From positions 1,798,001-1,862,000 of the forward strand of contig NC_082722.1 in NCBI RefSeq assembly GCF_030144855.1: a stretch of 64,000 nt of DNA. The letters are read 5' to 3'. The notes under the pieces are model-generated. The model saw only the letters and a list, made by a program, of their open reading frames with translations, ran no database searches and was not told where the DNA came from. Made by a program: the position numbers and the translations under genes. This stretch comes from Hypanus sabinus (taxonomy: Eukaryota). Shown here one piece after another: positions 1-12,069 of the stretch. Positions within the stretch are counted from its first letter, which is position 1, and each line of letters starts with the position of its first letter.

Positions 1-77
1 AAAAACGTAGTCTTGTTTCCGTTTTACTTTTCAGTTGCATACTGAATGAAAATAAATACTGTATATACAGTCTCTAT

Positions 78-460
78 TTCATGCCTGCGTCTGATCAACA
101 GGGGGTGCCGGAGTCCTCGGCTGTGATGCTCCTCCGTCCCGAGTATTTAGTTGATTATGTTCACTTGCCTCCTGTTTTATCTGACAGTGCATCTGTGCCT
201 TGTTTTACTGCCCTCTTTATGATCGCTCTGTTGTGCTGAATTTTGGCAATTTTGAGTTTGCATAACCCCGTAATTATTGATTCTCGCGTACTGGCCTGTG
301 CTCTCTGCAAACCATTCCTGAAGTAAAGATTCTTCATTCAACTCCAGCCTCGACTCTTCTCTTCTTGCATTTGGCCTACGCCTGTTCCGGAAGATCATGG
401 GTTAAAAACATTGCCATAACAATGCCGGTTTGAACCAATTTGACAACCACCTCTGTTACA
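78..460 (+). repeat. 5' LTR of the Gypsy element (approximate)
   Basis: 99-170 aligns by eye with 4319-4398, just downstream of the polypurine tract. It ends shortly before the gag ATG and contains the CTTGCATTTGG motif also seen near the 3' ends of the solo LTRs. Confidence 0.55.
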
Positions 461-3400
461 GCCAGTCTGAGCTAAATCATGGACCCAGCAGAGGTTGAGC
501 TCCTCCGAACAGTGTCACAGTGTGTGGACATGAACGTGTTGTCTGGAACATTCTGACCGCCCGGTAGACGCTCACTGAGATCATCTGGTTGAGCCAGTAA
601 ACACCTGCCACCACAACTCCCCGTCTCCCACTTGCCGGCGCCCAAGCGTTTTGATGTCAATCCAGGGACTTGTACAAGGTTTCTTACCATGCATGTGCAG
701 GATTATGAGCTGCAATCCACTAAATTTTCCAGTGACCAGCAGTGACATGGCCTACATCGTTTCTCTCCTCTCTGGCAAATCTCTCGTTTCGGTACGCCCC
801 GAAAAGAATTCTCGAACTGTGTAGACATATCCCTCTTCGGCAGGAAGATGAAGAGTGGACCACCGATTCCTTCAACTTGGTCAGGGAACCTGTACCGTGA
901 TGGACTATGCAATGGAGCTCCACACTGAGGCGGAAGAGAGTGGGTGGATCCTTTAGAGCCATGTTGTTCCATGAGTTATCAGGTGAAATTAACTCCAGAG
1001 ACCCCATTACAAATCTAGAGATCATCGATATCTCCATCGGAACTGACAATCCTCTCTAGGAAGGAGAATGAGGTGATGGTTGTTAGAGATGCCCTTCTAG
1101 CCTCATCGCCCTTGGTGCAATAATGAAACCCCGCTCCACTCGACTTCCTTCAGAGGAACCGATGCAACTAGGACAACCCGATTCTCTCAATCTGAACGGT
1201 AAGGGAGAATACGGGGATGGTTCTGCCTCTGTTCCGCTCAGCAGTGTCATTTCCGTTCTACTAACTCCGAGTTGTCGGGAAAAAATCCAAACCCGTCCAG
1301 GGAAGTGGGGTCATTGACGTCTTCCTCCGTTCCTCCCAGGCCTGCTACATCTCGTCAAGCGAGCAAGAATATTCCCTTGCAGCCTTCATGTAACTGGGGC
1401 AGCAGGTAATTTCGTAGACTTTGGGTTAGCAAAATATCTCCGAATTTTCCCGCCCCGTCTTGAACAACCGGTCACAGCATTGACCAAAGACATCACGAAA
1501 CTGGGAGAATCCGCCAGAGCTCCCATCTGCGTACATATAGAGCAGCATACCGAGACTATCTAGTTTCGCTCAGTTCATTCTCCTGGGTTCCCACTGAATT
1601 TCGGACACCATTGATTAAACCTCTAGAGGCCTCTAACAGATTATGGATGGATTTCCCCCGAGCTGCCTCTTGCCGCTCCTGAGTTCTCTTGAATTCCTGT
1701 CAGCTCCAGAATGGATCGCCATTCAGGAGTACATGATGCCCTAGCGTCCTTCTGCGGCGGTTATCTTCTTCGTGGTCAAAAGGCAAGGTAGACCATGTAG
1801 AGTTTATCGACAGCTCACCAGGATCACTGGTATCCATTGCATCAGTATCTGCAACTTTCAAGTTGATGCGAGCAGCAACTATCTTTACCAAACTGGACAT
1901 CCGAAATTAACATAACCAAGTCCGCATTCAGCAGGAGGGGGGGGGCCGGTTGCTGTTGGAAGTGATGAATGGAAATCCACCTTTAACGCCTCCACTGGCC
2001 ACTACGAATATCTCGTGATGCCGTTCGGTTTCGCCAACGCCTTTGCGGTTTTCGAGGCTATCAACGTCCTTCTCGGAGAGATGGTAAATCATGTTGCCTT
2101 CGTGTACCTGGAAAATAGACTCATTTTTCCAAGACCAACCAGGAACACGTGCTGCATATTCGTCCGGCCCTTCAATTCTCTTTCGAGTCAGGGAGAGTCC
2201 GCAGTCCCTTCCTGTGGTTGCTGTCTCCAAGGAGCAGCTGCAAGTAGCATTCAACCCGTCAGGAATTGGCTGAAGCACAGCACGATCAAGCAGCTCCATT
2301 GTTTTCTGGCGTTCACAAGTTATATTAAGGGAAGTTCATCCGCAACTTCAGTACGATCGAAGCAGCCTTTACTGTTTACACTAAAGGAAACTTCGGCACA
2401 TTCCCCGGACCTCAAAAGCTGAGGTAGCTTTTCAGAGTTGAAACATAGTTTCACAACTGCTCCTGTCAAGAACTGCTATACTTTGTTGAAGTAGACGCCT
2501 CAGACGCTGTGACTGGGGCTGTTCTTTCCCAAAACCGCTTCGCTCCAGAATCTTCATCCCTGTGCTCCCTTGTTCTCCCAGCTGCTCTCTTCCGCGGAGA
2601 GGAATTATAAAGTTGTCGGTCAAATTAGCATTGGGGGTGGAGAATACGTGTATATGTCCATATGTAGTCCGACCAGATCACAAGAACCGGGTCTATATTT
2701 AAGAGTCAAGGTGGTTAAATTCGCGCTAGGCTCGAAGTTCTCTCTTTTTAAACCGTTTTGATTTCACCATTACGTAACGTCCCTGTTTGAAGAGTCGGAG
2801 GCCGGACGCCATCTCCAGAGAGTCTGAACCAGTAGATCTGGTCACCGATGCAGAATACATCTTCCTGAGGTCCAGGCTGAAGGACCGATTCGAAGGGAGA
2901 GCGAGACTACCGCCAGGAGAACACAGAAGCAGGAAGCGGACTAACGACGCGTCCCACCGATTCGCCTTTTTGTCCCTTACTCAGTCCGTTGAGATGTGCT
3001 GCAGTGGGGCACTCATTACGGTATCACAGGATATCCCGCTATTGCTCGAACGGTGGATTTCCATCGGAGGCATTTCTGGTGGCCGAGTATGTATGGGGAT
3101 ACCAAATCATACGTATCAGCGTGTCACGTCTACGACAAGAAAATAGAATTCAGATCATGTCCGCAGTGGCTGCTATAATTACTGCCCATTCTATCCCCTC
3201 CTTAGATCCATATCTCGAAGGGAGTCGTTACCAGTTTGCCACCATCATGGGGTAAACACCATGCTTACACTGGTGGCGGTGGACCTGTTCTCCAAGGATC
3301 GCCACTTTGAACCCCTACTTAAACTTCTCTCGGCTCGGGTGACGAACGGCCTTATGCTGTAACATGTGCTTAGAGTACACGACTTTCACCGGGACATTTG

Positions 3401-4273
3401 TTACTGACCGAAGCCCGTTATTTGCCTTAGGATTCTGGAAGGCTTTATGTTGGCTCGCTGGAGCTATGGTCATTAACTTATTGAGATTTTATCCCCAGTC
3501 CAATGTGCATCGAGAGAGAATAAAGCGGGACCTGGAGAATAGCCCGAGTTGCATTGTGTATGGAAACCCATTACCTAGAGTGATCACGTGTTCGGGGAAG
3601 AGTTCCTTCATAACGCTCTGCACCACTCTTCTGCAAGTATGTCTCCCTTCGAATGTCGGTTTGGTTATCGACTCCCGATGTTTCCTAAGCAGGAGTCGGT
3701 GCTCGGAGTCGTGACTCCTGAACACCTCATTCGTCACTGCCAGCCGAAATGGAGGAGAGCTGGGGCAGCTCTGCTGGAGGACTCTCTGCAACAACAGCGG
3801 CATGCCAGACGTCGGGGTTTTCTCATGGTCGAAGAGCCTGGTCCCGTCGTGGTCAAGCCGGGGTTTTGCAAAAAGTGTGGTTCTCCGCCATTGACCTTAA
3901 GTCTTGGAAACTGGCGCCACGAGACACCGGATTGTTCAAGGGTCTGAGTCGGAGCTACGCATTTACTTGCCACGAACTCTGCGCATCAACCCCACCTTCT
4001 ATGTCCCACCACTCCACTTCCAAAGTCTCTTCTTTGTCACTGACTCCAGTACTGAGATGGCCCGTGGCTTCTCGCATCAACGACGGTCAACTAGCGTGCA
4101 TCGTCCATTGGCTTCCCGACTCCCATCAGGTTCGTAGGCGGCCCAAGTACTTTGTGGATTGGGAGGGTTACCGTCAGAGGAAAGGTTGTCAGTTATATTA
4201 TGGACCTGAAATGGGTCAGCGGCTTCCACTGTCGCTTGACTCGTTCTGGGCTTTTGGCTGCCGGCCATAGGGC

Positions 4274-4410
4274 GAGGGTGGGAGTGGGGTTCGTCTAGTC
4301 ACGATACTGGCAGGTTACCAGGGGCTGCCAAAGACCTCCAGGCTCCGACGCTCATCTCCCCTGACTTACAGTTAATTATTTTCAGTTGTGTCCTATTTTA
4401 GCTGCACCTT
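4274..4410 (+). repeat. Polypurine tract plus truncated 3' LTR of the Gypsy element
   Basis: Purine run GAGGGTGGGAGTGGGG (4274-4289) follows the integrase/chromodomain. Sequence similar to the 5' LTR comes next and ends where a CR1 begins. Confidence 0.55.
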
Positions 4411-6760
4411 ATTTCCGTTCCGGTGATTCGGAGCAAGAATTCTGCGACCGGCTGATTTTTCGGAGCGAGAGAGTATTTTACTACTCGGGGCAACAGAGAG
4501 GCGAGACTGCGCAGGCACGTGACGTCCACCAGTACAGCATGAAAGGTTTAACAAGAAGACCGTCATATCCAGCGGGCACCGTTCGGAGCGGGCAGCGGCA
4601 GCAGAGTGATAGAGCTTGGGCTCAACAGGCTTAGGCGGTAACTGGACGAGGCGAAGTAGGTTGACTTGTGTTATTTGCGGAAAGGAGGAAATATGTGTGC
4701 GAGGCCAGCTTTGTGTACTCGGTGTCAGATGTGGGAGGTCCTGAAGTCTCCTCGTCTCCCCGACGGCCATATCTGCACCAGGTGTGTCAAGCTGCAGTTC
4801 CCGAGGGACCGCCTTAGGGAACTGCAGTTGCAGCTCGATGACATTCGCTGGTCAGGGAGAGCGAGGAGGTGAAATGAGTTATAGGCAGGTAGTCACACCA
4901 GGGCTACAGGAGACTTGCAAGTGGGTCACAGTCAGGAGAAGGAAGAGGAAGAGTCTGGTACTAGAGAATACCCCTGTGGCTGCACCACTTGACAATAAGT
5001 ACTCCTGTTTGAGCACTGTTGGGGGTGGGGGGAGACAGCCTAACTGGGGGAAGCGACAGTGGCCGTTCCTCTCGCACAGAGTCTGGTCCTGTGGCTCAGA
5101 AGGGTAGGGAAAGGAAGAAGAAGGCAGTAATGATAAGGGACTCTATACTTAGGGGGTCAGACGGGCAATTGTGTGAACGCCGGAAAGAATCTAGGATGGC
5201 AGTTTGCCTCCCTGGTGCCAGGGTCCAGGATGTTTTGGATCGTGTCTAAGATATCCTGCGATGGGAGAGGGAACAGCCAGAGGTCGTGGAACATATTGGT
5301 AAAAGTGACATAGGTAGGAAAAGGGAAGAGTTCGTGAAAAATGACTACAGGGATTTAGGGAAGAAAGTTGAGAAGCAGGACCACAATGGTAGCAATCTCG
5401 CGATTCTCACGCGACAGTGAGAATAGGAATAGGATGAGGTGGAGGATAAATATGTGGCTAAGGGATTAGAGCAGGGGGCAGGGATTCAATTTCTGGATCA
5501 TTAGGAGCTCTTTGGGGCAGATGTGGCCTGTACAATAAGGACAGGTTCCACTTGAATCCCAAGGGGACCAATATCCTGGCGGGGAGGTTTGCTAAACTAC
5601 TGGGGAGAATTTAAACTACAATTGTTTTGGGGGTAGGAACTGATCTGAAGAGACTGGGGAAGAAGCGGTTGACTCACAAATAGAGAAAGCTTGTAGACAT
5701 TGCGGGAGGTTGGAGAGGCTGCTGATAGAGAAGGGGCGAGCTCAGACCGAAGATTTGAGATGTGTCTATTGTAACGCAAAGAGTGTTGTGAACAAAGCGG
5801 TTGAGCTTGAAGCGTGGATCAGTACATGGAGGTATGATGTTGACGCCATTACAGAGTCTTGGATAGCCCAGGAACAGGAATGGTTACTTCAATTGCAAGG
5901 TTTTATATGTTTCAGAAAGGACAGGGAGGAAGGCAAAAGAGGTGGGGGCGTGGAACTGTTGACCAGAGATAGTATCACGGCTGCAGCAAAGGTGGGCGCC
6001 ATGGAGAGATTGTCTACGGAGTCTCTGTGTGTGGAAGTTATGAACAGGAAGTGGTCAATAAATTAAGTGGGTGATTTTTATAGGCTGCCCAATAGTAACA
6101 GGGGTATCGGGAAAGGTGTATAACGGAGTTGTCGTGATAGGAAACTTATATTTCCCAAATATCAATTGGCATCTCCGTAGACCGAGGGGTTTAGATGAGG
6201 TGGAGTTTGTTAGGGGTGCTCAGGAAGGTTTCTTGAAACAATATGTAGATAAGCCTAAAAGAGAAGAGTCTGCACATGATTTGGTATTGGAAAATGAACC
6301 TGGTCAGGTGTCAAATCTCTCAGTGGGAGAGCATTTTAGAATTAGTGGTAATAATTCTGCCTCCTTTACAATACCAGTCGAGACAGGTAGGAACAGACAA
6401 GTTAGAAAAACCGTTTAATTGGAGTAAGGGAATTATGAGGCTATCAGGCAGGAAATTGGAGGCTTAAATTGGAAACGAATGTTCTTATGGAAAAGTACGG
6501 AAGAAATGTGGCAAATATTCAGGGTATTTTTGTGTGGAGTTCTGTATAGGTACGGACGTTCAAATGAGAGTGCAGTTATGGTATCGTATAGGAACCGTGG
6601 TGTATAAAGGCTGTAGTAAATTTAGTCAAGAAGAAAATAAAAAGTTACAAAGAGTTCAGAGAGCTAGGTAATGTTAGAGATCTAGAAGATTATAAGGCTA
6701 ATGAGAAGGAGCTTAAGAAGGACATTAGGAGAGCCAGAAGGGGGCTCGAGAAGGCCCCTG

Positions 6761-7892
6761 GAGAGGTAGTAGGAGAGGACAGGTACATGGAGAGGTAGTA
6801 AATTCCATTAGGCATTGGCTCAATGGGAGAAGCCAGAGAGTGGTAATGGAGGATTGCTTCTCTGAGTGGAGGCCTGTGACCAGTGGTGTGCCACAGGGAT
6901 CAGTGCTGGGTCTATTGTTATTTGTCATCTATATCAATGATCTGGATGATAATGTGGCAAATTGGATCAGCAAATTTGCTGATGATACAAAGATTGGAGG
7001 TGTAGTGGACAATGAGGAAAGTTTTCAAAGCTTGCAGAGGAATTTGGACCAGTTAGAGGAATGAGGAGAAAAATGGCTGATGGAGTTTAATGCGGACAAG
7101 TGTGAGGTATTGCACTTCAGAAGGTCAAATCAAGGTAGAACAGGCAAGGTAAATGGTAGGACACTGAGGAGTGCAGTAGAACAGAGGGATCTGGGAGTAC
7201 AGATACATAATTCCCTAAAAGTGGCGTCACAAGTAGATAGGGCTGTAAAGAGAGTTTTTGATATATTGGTCTTTATAAATCAAAGTATTGAGTATAAGCG
7301 TTGGCATGTAATGGTGAGGTTGTATAAGACATTGGTGCGGCCGAATTTGGAGTATTCTGTTTAATTTTAGTCATCGAATTACAGAAAGGATATTAATAAG
7401 GTGAAAGTGCTGAGAAGGTTTACAAGGATGTTGCTGGGACTTGAGAAACTGAGTTACAGATAAAGGTTGAATAGGTTAGGATTTTATACCCTGGAGCGTA
7501 GGAGAATGAGGGGTGATTTGATAGAGGTGTATAAAATTATGATGTGTATAGATAGAGTGAATGCAAGCAGGCTTTTTCCATTGAGGCCAGGAGAGAAAAA
7601 AAAAACAGAGGTCATGGATTAAGGATGAAGGGGAAAAAGTTTAAATTGAAAATTGGGGTGGGGGGCTTCTTCACGCAGAGAGTGGTGAGAGTGTGAATGA
7701 GCTGCCAGATGAAGTGGTGAATGCGGGCTCACTTTTAACATTTAAGAAAAAACTTGGACGGGTATATGGATGAGAAGGATTTGGAGGGATATGGCCCAGG
7801 TACGGGTCAGTGGGACTAGGCAGAAAAATGGTTCGGCACACCCAAGAAGGGCCAAAAGGCCTGTTTCTGTGCTGTAATGTTCTATGGTTTCC
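6761..7892 (+). mobile_element. 5'-truncated CR1 (second subfamily) inserted inside the CR1 above
   Basis: RT C-terminal ORFs SGVPQGSVLG..KFADDTKIGG (6840-7064, 7080-7364) and a CR1 3' tail. Host ORF2 breaks at AAGGCCCCTG (6751-6760) and resumes at AAGGCCTTG (7893-7901), an imperfect TSD. Confidence 0.75.
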
Positions 7893-9130
7893 AAGGCCTT
7901 GTCGGGCAGGACTAAGGAAGCAACAAGCGATTCTACAAGTGTGTGAATAGTAAGAGAAGAAGATGTGAAAGAATAGGACCTTCAGTTGGAAAGTGTGCAT
8001 GGAACCCGAGGAAATAGCGGAGGTACTTAATAAATACTTTACTTTAGTATTCACTATGGAAAAGTATCTTAGTGATTGTAGTGATGACTTGCAGCAGACG
8101 GAAAAGCTTGAGCATGTGGATATTAAGAAAGAGGATGTGCTGGAAATTTTGGAAAGCATCAAGTTGGATAGCCGGATGGGATGTAACCCAGGCTACTGTG
8201 AGAGGCGAGGGAGGAGATTGATGAGCCTCTGGCGGATACCTTTGCATCATCAATGGGGACGGGAGAGGTTCCAGAGGATTGGAGTGTTCAGAATATTGTT
8301 TTTTTATTCAAGAAAGGGAGTAGAGGTAGCCCAGGAAATTATAGACCCGTGAGCCTTACCTCAGTGGTTGGTAAGTTGATGGAGAAGATCCTGAGAGGCA
8401 GGATTTATGTACAGTTGTAGAGGTATAATATGATTACGATTAGTCAGCATGGCGTTGTCAAGGGCAGGTCCTGCCTTATGAGCCTGATTGAATTTTTTGA
8501 GGATGTGACTAAATACATTGATGAAGGAAAAACAGTAGATGTAGACAGTAGATGTAGTGATTTCAGCAAGGCACTTGATAAGGTACTCTATGCAAGGCTT
8601 ATTGAGAAAGTAAGGAGTCATGGAATTCAAGGAGACATTGGTTTGTGGATCCAGAACTGGGTTGCTCACAGAAGGCAAAGAGTGGCTGAAGGCGGTTCAT
8701 ACTCTGCATGGAGGTCGGTCCCTAGTGGAATGCCTCCCGGATCTGTTCTGGGACCCTTTCTCTTTGTGGTTTTTACAAATGGCCTGGATGAGGAAGTGAA
8801 GGGATGGGTTAGTAAGTTTGCTGATGACACAGTGGCTGCGGGTGTTGTGGATAGTCTGGAGGGCTGTCAGAGGTTACAGCGGGACATTGATAGGATGCAA
8901 AACTGGGCTGAAAAGTTGCAGATGAAGTTCAACCCAGATAAGTGTGAAGTGGTTCATTTTGGTAGGTCAAATATGATCGCAGAATATAGTGTTAATGGTA
9001 AGTCTCTTGGCAGTGTGGAGGATCTGAGAGAGCTTGTAGTCCGAGTCCATAGGACGCTCAAAACAGCTGGTTGAGAAGTCTTATGGTGTATTGGCCTTCA
9101 TCAATCGTGGAATTGAATTTAGGAGCCGAG

Positions 9131-10473
9131 TGTCATGGTCTGGTCCTTGAAATTCGCATTCCGGTTCACGGTTAGGTACGTGGACTCTGGAATCTAAGTT
9201 GTCCGGCTGTCCCTCGCTTCAGTTGGGCTTAATGATAGACACCCGATTCTCGGCTTGGGGCTAGGAATATAAGTGGCCCTGGGGTCGAGTGTGGGTGCTG
9301 GTCCGTGTCGTCAGTATCCCGTTGGAGCAACCCGCCGGTGGAAGGCTAGAGCAGACATTCGTGATCCTTAGGCCTGCTTGTAGGACCAACACTTCATGGA
9401 ATCTTGTTGTTTCTAGTGAGAATCGTCAGCAGGGTGTGGATTCGGCCGTTTCTGGGGCCAGCCAAGCTTGCTGGCCGCCCCGAGACTCGGAGCCACCCCG
9501 GATTGAGCTTCCTTCCTGTCCTTGCCTCTGTGGGGTAAGTCAGGCCGTCTTTGCGTTGCCATTAGGCAGGACTGTTCTTTTTCCCTCCCCATCTGAATCT
9601 CTGACAGTTTCCTCTGTGGTTTACCTCGGTAGTCATCCCGGCATGCGTCCGAGGAAGGGTCGCGGCCTTCTGCTCTAGGAAGGAGTACCTCATCCTGCCC
9701 AGGCAAGCATCAAAGAATCCTAGCCTCGATGAACCCGAACCTCTACGAACCCGATCCTCGACGAACCCGAGCCTCGACGATCCCGATCCTCGACGATCCC
9801 GATCCTCGACGAATGGGAGCCTCGATGAACCCGAACCTCGACGAATGGGAGCCTCGATGAACCCGATCCTCGACGAACCCGAGCCTCGACGAACCCGAGC
9901 CTCGACGAATGGGAGCCTCGATGAACCCGAAGCTCGACGAACCCGAGCCTCGACGAACCCGAGCCTCGACGATCCCGATCCTCGACGAATGGGAGCCTCG
10001 ATGAACCCGAACCTCGACGAATGGGAGCCTCGATGAACCCGATCCTCGACGAACCCGAGTATCGACGATCCCGATCCTCGACGAACCAGAGCCTCGACGA
10101 ACCCGAGCCTCGACGATCCCGATCCTCGACGATCCCGATCCTCGACGAACCCGAGCCTCGACGAACCCAAGCCTCGTCCAGTCCTGTTAGCACGTCATGC
10201 CCTCGCCTAGTTCCGGGATCTGAGCCTGAGTCAACAGCCAGGTCATGTGTCCTTGTCCAGTCTCTGAATCGGAGTCCATGCTCAGGATCCTAGATCCCAG
10301 TACCTTGTCCTGGTCCCGCTTTCCTAGCCAAAGTCCTAGCCCAAGTTTGTGATCCTGTCTCAGCTCCTACTCTGTGTCCAGTCCCGTCCTTAACTCTAGT
10401 CCAGTCCAGTTTACAGTACTTCAGTGTCTGTGTCTTGCATTTGAGTCCGTTTCCAACGCCCCCTCGTATGACA
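9131..10473 (+). mobile_element. Solo LTR 1 (Gypsy-type) inserted in CR1 ORF2
   Basis: Ends TGTCAT...ATGACA (6-bp inverted termini). 5-bp TSD CCGAG (9126-9130) / CTGAG (10474-10478). CR1 sequence is continuous once it is removed. Similar along its length to 57045-58044. Confidence 0.88.
9724..10179. repeat. 16-bp minisatellite, 28 full units (consensus CCTCGACGAACCCGAG) inside solo LTR 1
   Basis: The first unit starts at 9724 and the last partial unit at 10172 (448 = 28 x 16). The minus-strand ORFs show a 16-aa period (3 units). Confidence 0.95.
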
Positions 10474-11539
10474 CTGAGATGTAAAGTTGCAACTATATAA
10501 GATCCTAGTCAGACCCCACTTGGTGTACTGCGCTCAGTTCTGGTCGCTTCACTACAGGAAGGACGTCGAAGCCATAGAAAGGGTGCAGAGAAGATTTACA
10601 AGAATGTTGTCTGGATTGGGGAGCATACCTTATGAAAACAGGTTGAGTGAACTCGGACTTTTCGCTCCGGGCCGACAGAGGATGAGAGATGATGACCTGA
10701 TAAAAGGTGTATAAGATGATGAGAGGCATTGAATGTGTGGATAGTCAGAGGCTTTTTCCCAGGGCTGAAATGGTTGCCACAAGAGGACGCAGGTTCAACG
10801 TGCTTGGGAGTAGGTACAGAGGAAATGTCAGGGATAAGTACTTTACTCAGAGAATGGTGAGTCCGTGGAGTAGGCTGCCAGCAACAGTTGCGGAGGCGGA
10901 TACAATAGGGTCTTTTAAAAGACTTTTATATAGGTACATGGAGCTTAGTAAAATAGAGGGCTATAAGTAAGCCTGGTAATTTCTAAGGTAGCGATATTTT
11001 CGGCACAACTTTGTGGGCAAAAGGTCTGTTTTGGGCTGCAGGTTTTCTATGTTTTTATTTTTGTATTGCTTAATGCTTCTCCTATGTATTGTGGTCTTTT
11101 GGTCTAATATGGAGGCATAATTATTAGGAGATAGATAACGGGAAAGGCATAGACTTTCCTTTTCCACTGATAATTTAAAGATTTTGGAATAGAGGAAGTG
11201 AGCACGTTCGGCAATTCATGGATTAATAACGAAGCTATGATATTACAATTCCTTTCTACCATTTCACTATTGGACACGTATATTTTGCTTACCCGCTCTA
11301 CACAGACTTTCTGCGACCACTTTAATACTATTATTCAATGGTTGACAGATTTTTTGCAGATCAAGGTTTTCTTTTTGTCATACATATTGGCTTTAATCTG
11401 CCGCCTTCTAAGCTTCAGACGACAGACGACATAGTTAATAGCGGTATTGCATTCACCAGCCCCTGAACAAATTAGAGAATCGCTTGCTCAGTTTTATAGT
11501 CTTAATCCACGGTTTTACACAGGTATCCATTTGGTCAGT

Positions 11540-11790
11540 GGCAGCATCCCATTATAGCAATCTATTGGGGTCGTCTACTGTGTCGGCTGGGCTCGATGCG
11601 GCTTCATCTTAATTGCTGAGACGCGTCGTAAACTGGGGGACCGTTTCGTCGATCCATCCTCCACAAGCGGGACTTCCCGCTGGGCAAATATTTAATTACA
11701 CTTCCCATTCCAGATTTGAAGTATGGATCCACAACCTACTCTTGTGTCAAGACAAGGCCACAGGCGATAGAAAATAACTTTATTTTCCAT
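11540..11790 (+). mobile_element. Penelope-like element fragment (GIY-YIG region)
   Basis: GGGGTCGTCTACTGTGTCGGCTGG..GAGACGCGTCGTAAACTGGGGGACCGTTTCGTC resembles the V-Y-C..YIGET.R.LGDRF segment of PLE endonucleases. Similar text occurs at 20230 and 63790. Confidence 0.55.
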
Positions 11791-11794
11791 GACC

Positions 11795-12065
11795 ATGAAA
11801 CCATAAGAAATAGGAGCAGAATTGAGACATTTGACCATCCAGTCTGCTCCACCATTTCAGATACGTGATCCAATTTTCCTCTTAGCCCCGGTCTCCTGGC
11901 TCTACCTGTATCCCTTCATTTCCTGACTAATCAAAAACCTATTAACCTCAGCCTTACTTATACAGAAAGACTTAGCCTCCACAACTGTCCGTGGCAAATA
12001 ATTCCATAGATTTAACACTTTCTGGCGAAATAAAGGACGCTCCTCTATTCGGAGGCAGTTTCTTT
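11795..12065 (-). mobile_element. CR1 3'-end fragment
   Basis: Minus ORF FRQKVLNLWNYLPRTVVEAKS..KAEVNRFL (11902-12165) is the CR1 ORF2 C-terminus, followed by the CR1 tail. Confidence 0.7.
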
Positions 12066-12069
12066 TGGT

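Larger units (their letters stand above)
78..4410 (+). mobile_element. Degenerate Ty3/Gypsy LTR retrotransposon, sushi/chromovirus type (5' LTR, gag, protease, RT, RNase H, integrase, chromodomain, PPT, partial 3' LTR)
   Basis: Broken frames give a gag start ATGGACCCAGCAGAG (~479) and a PKRFD..PG.C..FL-like gag motif (~640). RT HYEYLVMPFG is at ~2000 and FVYL(EN) sits at the YxDD position (~2100). RNase H EVDASD..GAVLS is at ~2490, integrase FWWPSMYGDTKSYVSAC at ~3070 and chromodomain-like KYFVDWEGY at ~4145. There are many stops and frameshifts. Confidence 0.9.
4440..11060 (+). mobile_element. Near full-length decayed CR1 LINE (ORF1 zinc finger + SGNH esterase; ORF2 APE + RT) carrying two nested insertions (6761-7892, 9131-10473)
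   Basis: ORF1 has CTRCQMWEV..GHICTRCVKLQ (4666-4872) and an esterase-like segment (5019-5580). APE segment CVYCNAKSVVNK..DAITESW (5710-6066). RT QHGVVKGRSCL..DFSKALDKV..QGSVLGP-like..KFADDT (8430-9074). The CR1 3' region resumes at 10474 and ends ~11050. Confidence 0.88.

Noticed and set aside
9562-10293. Long Arg/Ser/Gly-rich and DEPEP-repeat ORFs; CRISPR-like regularity
   Set aside because: These are translations of the 16-bp minisatellite. Units abut with no unique spacers and there are no cas genes.
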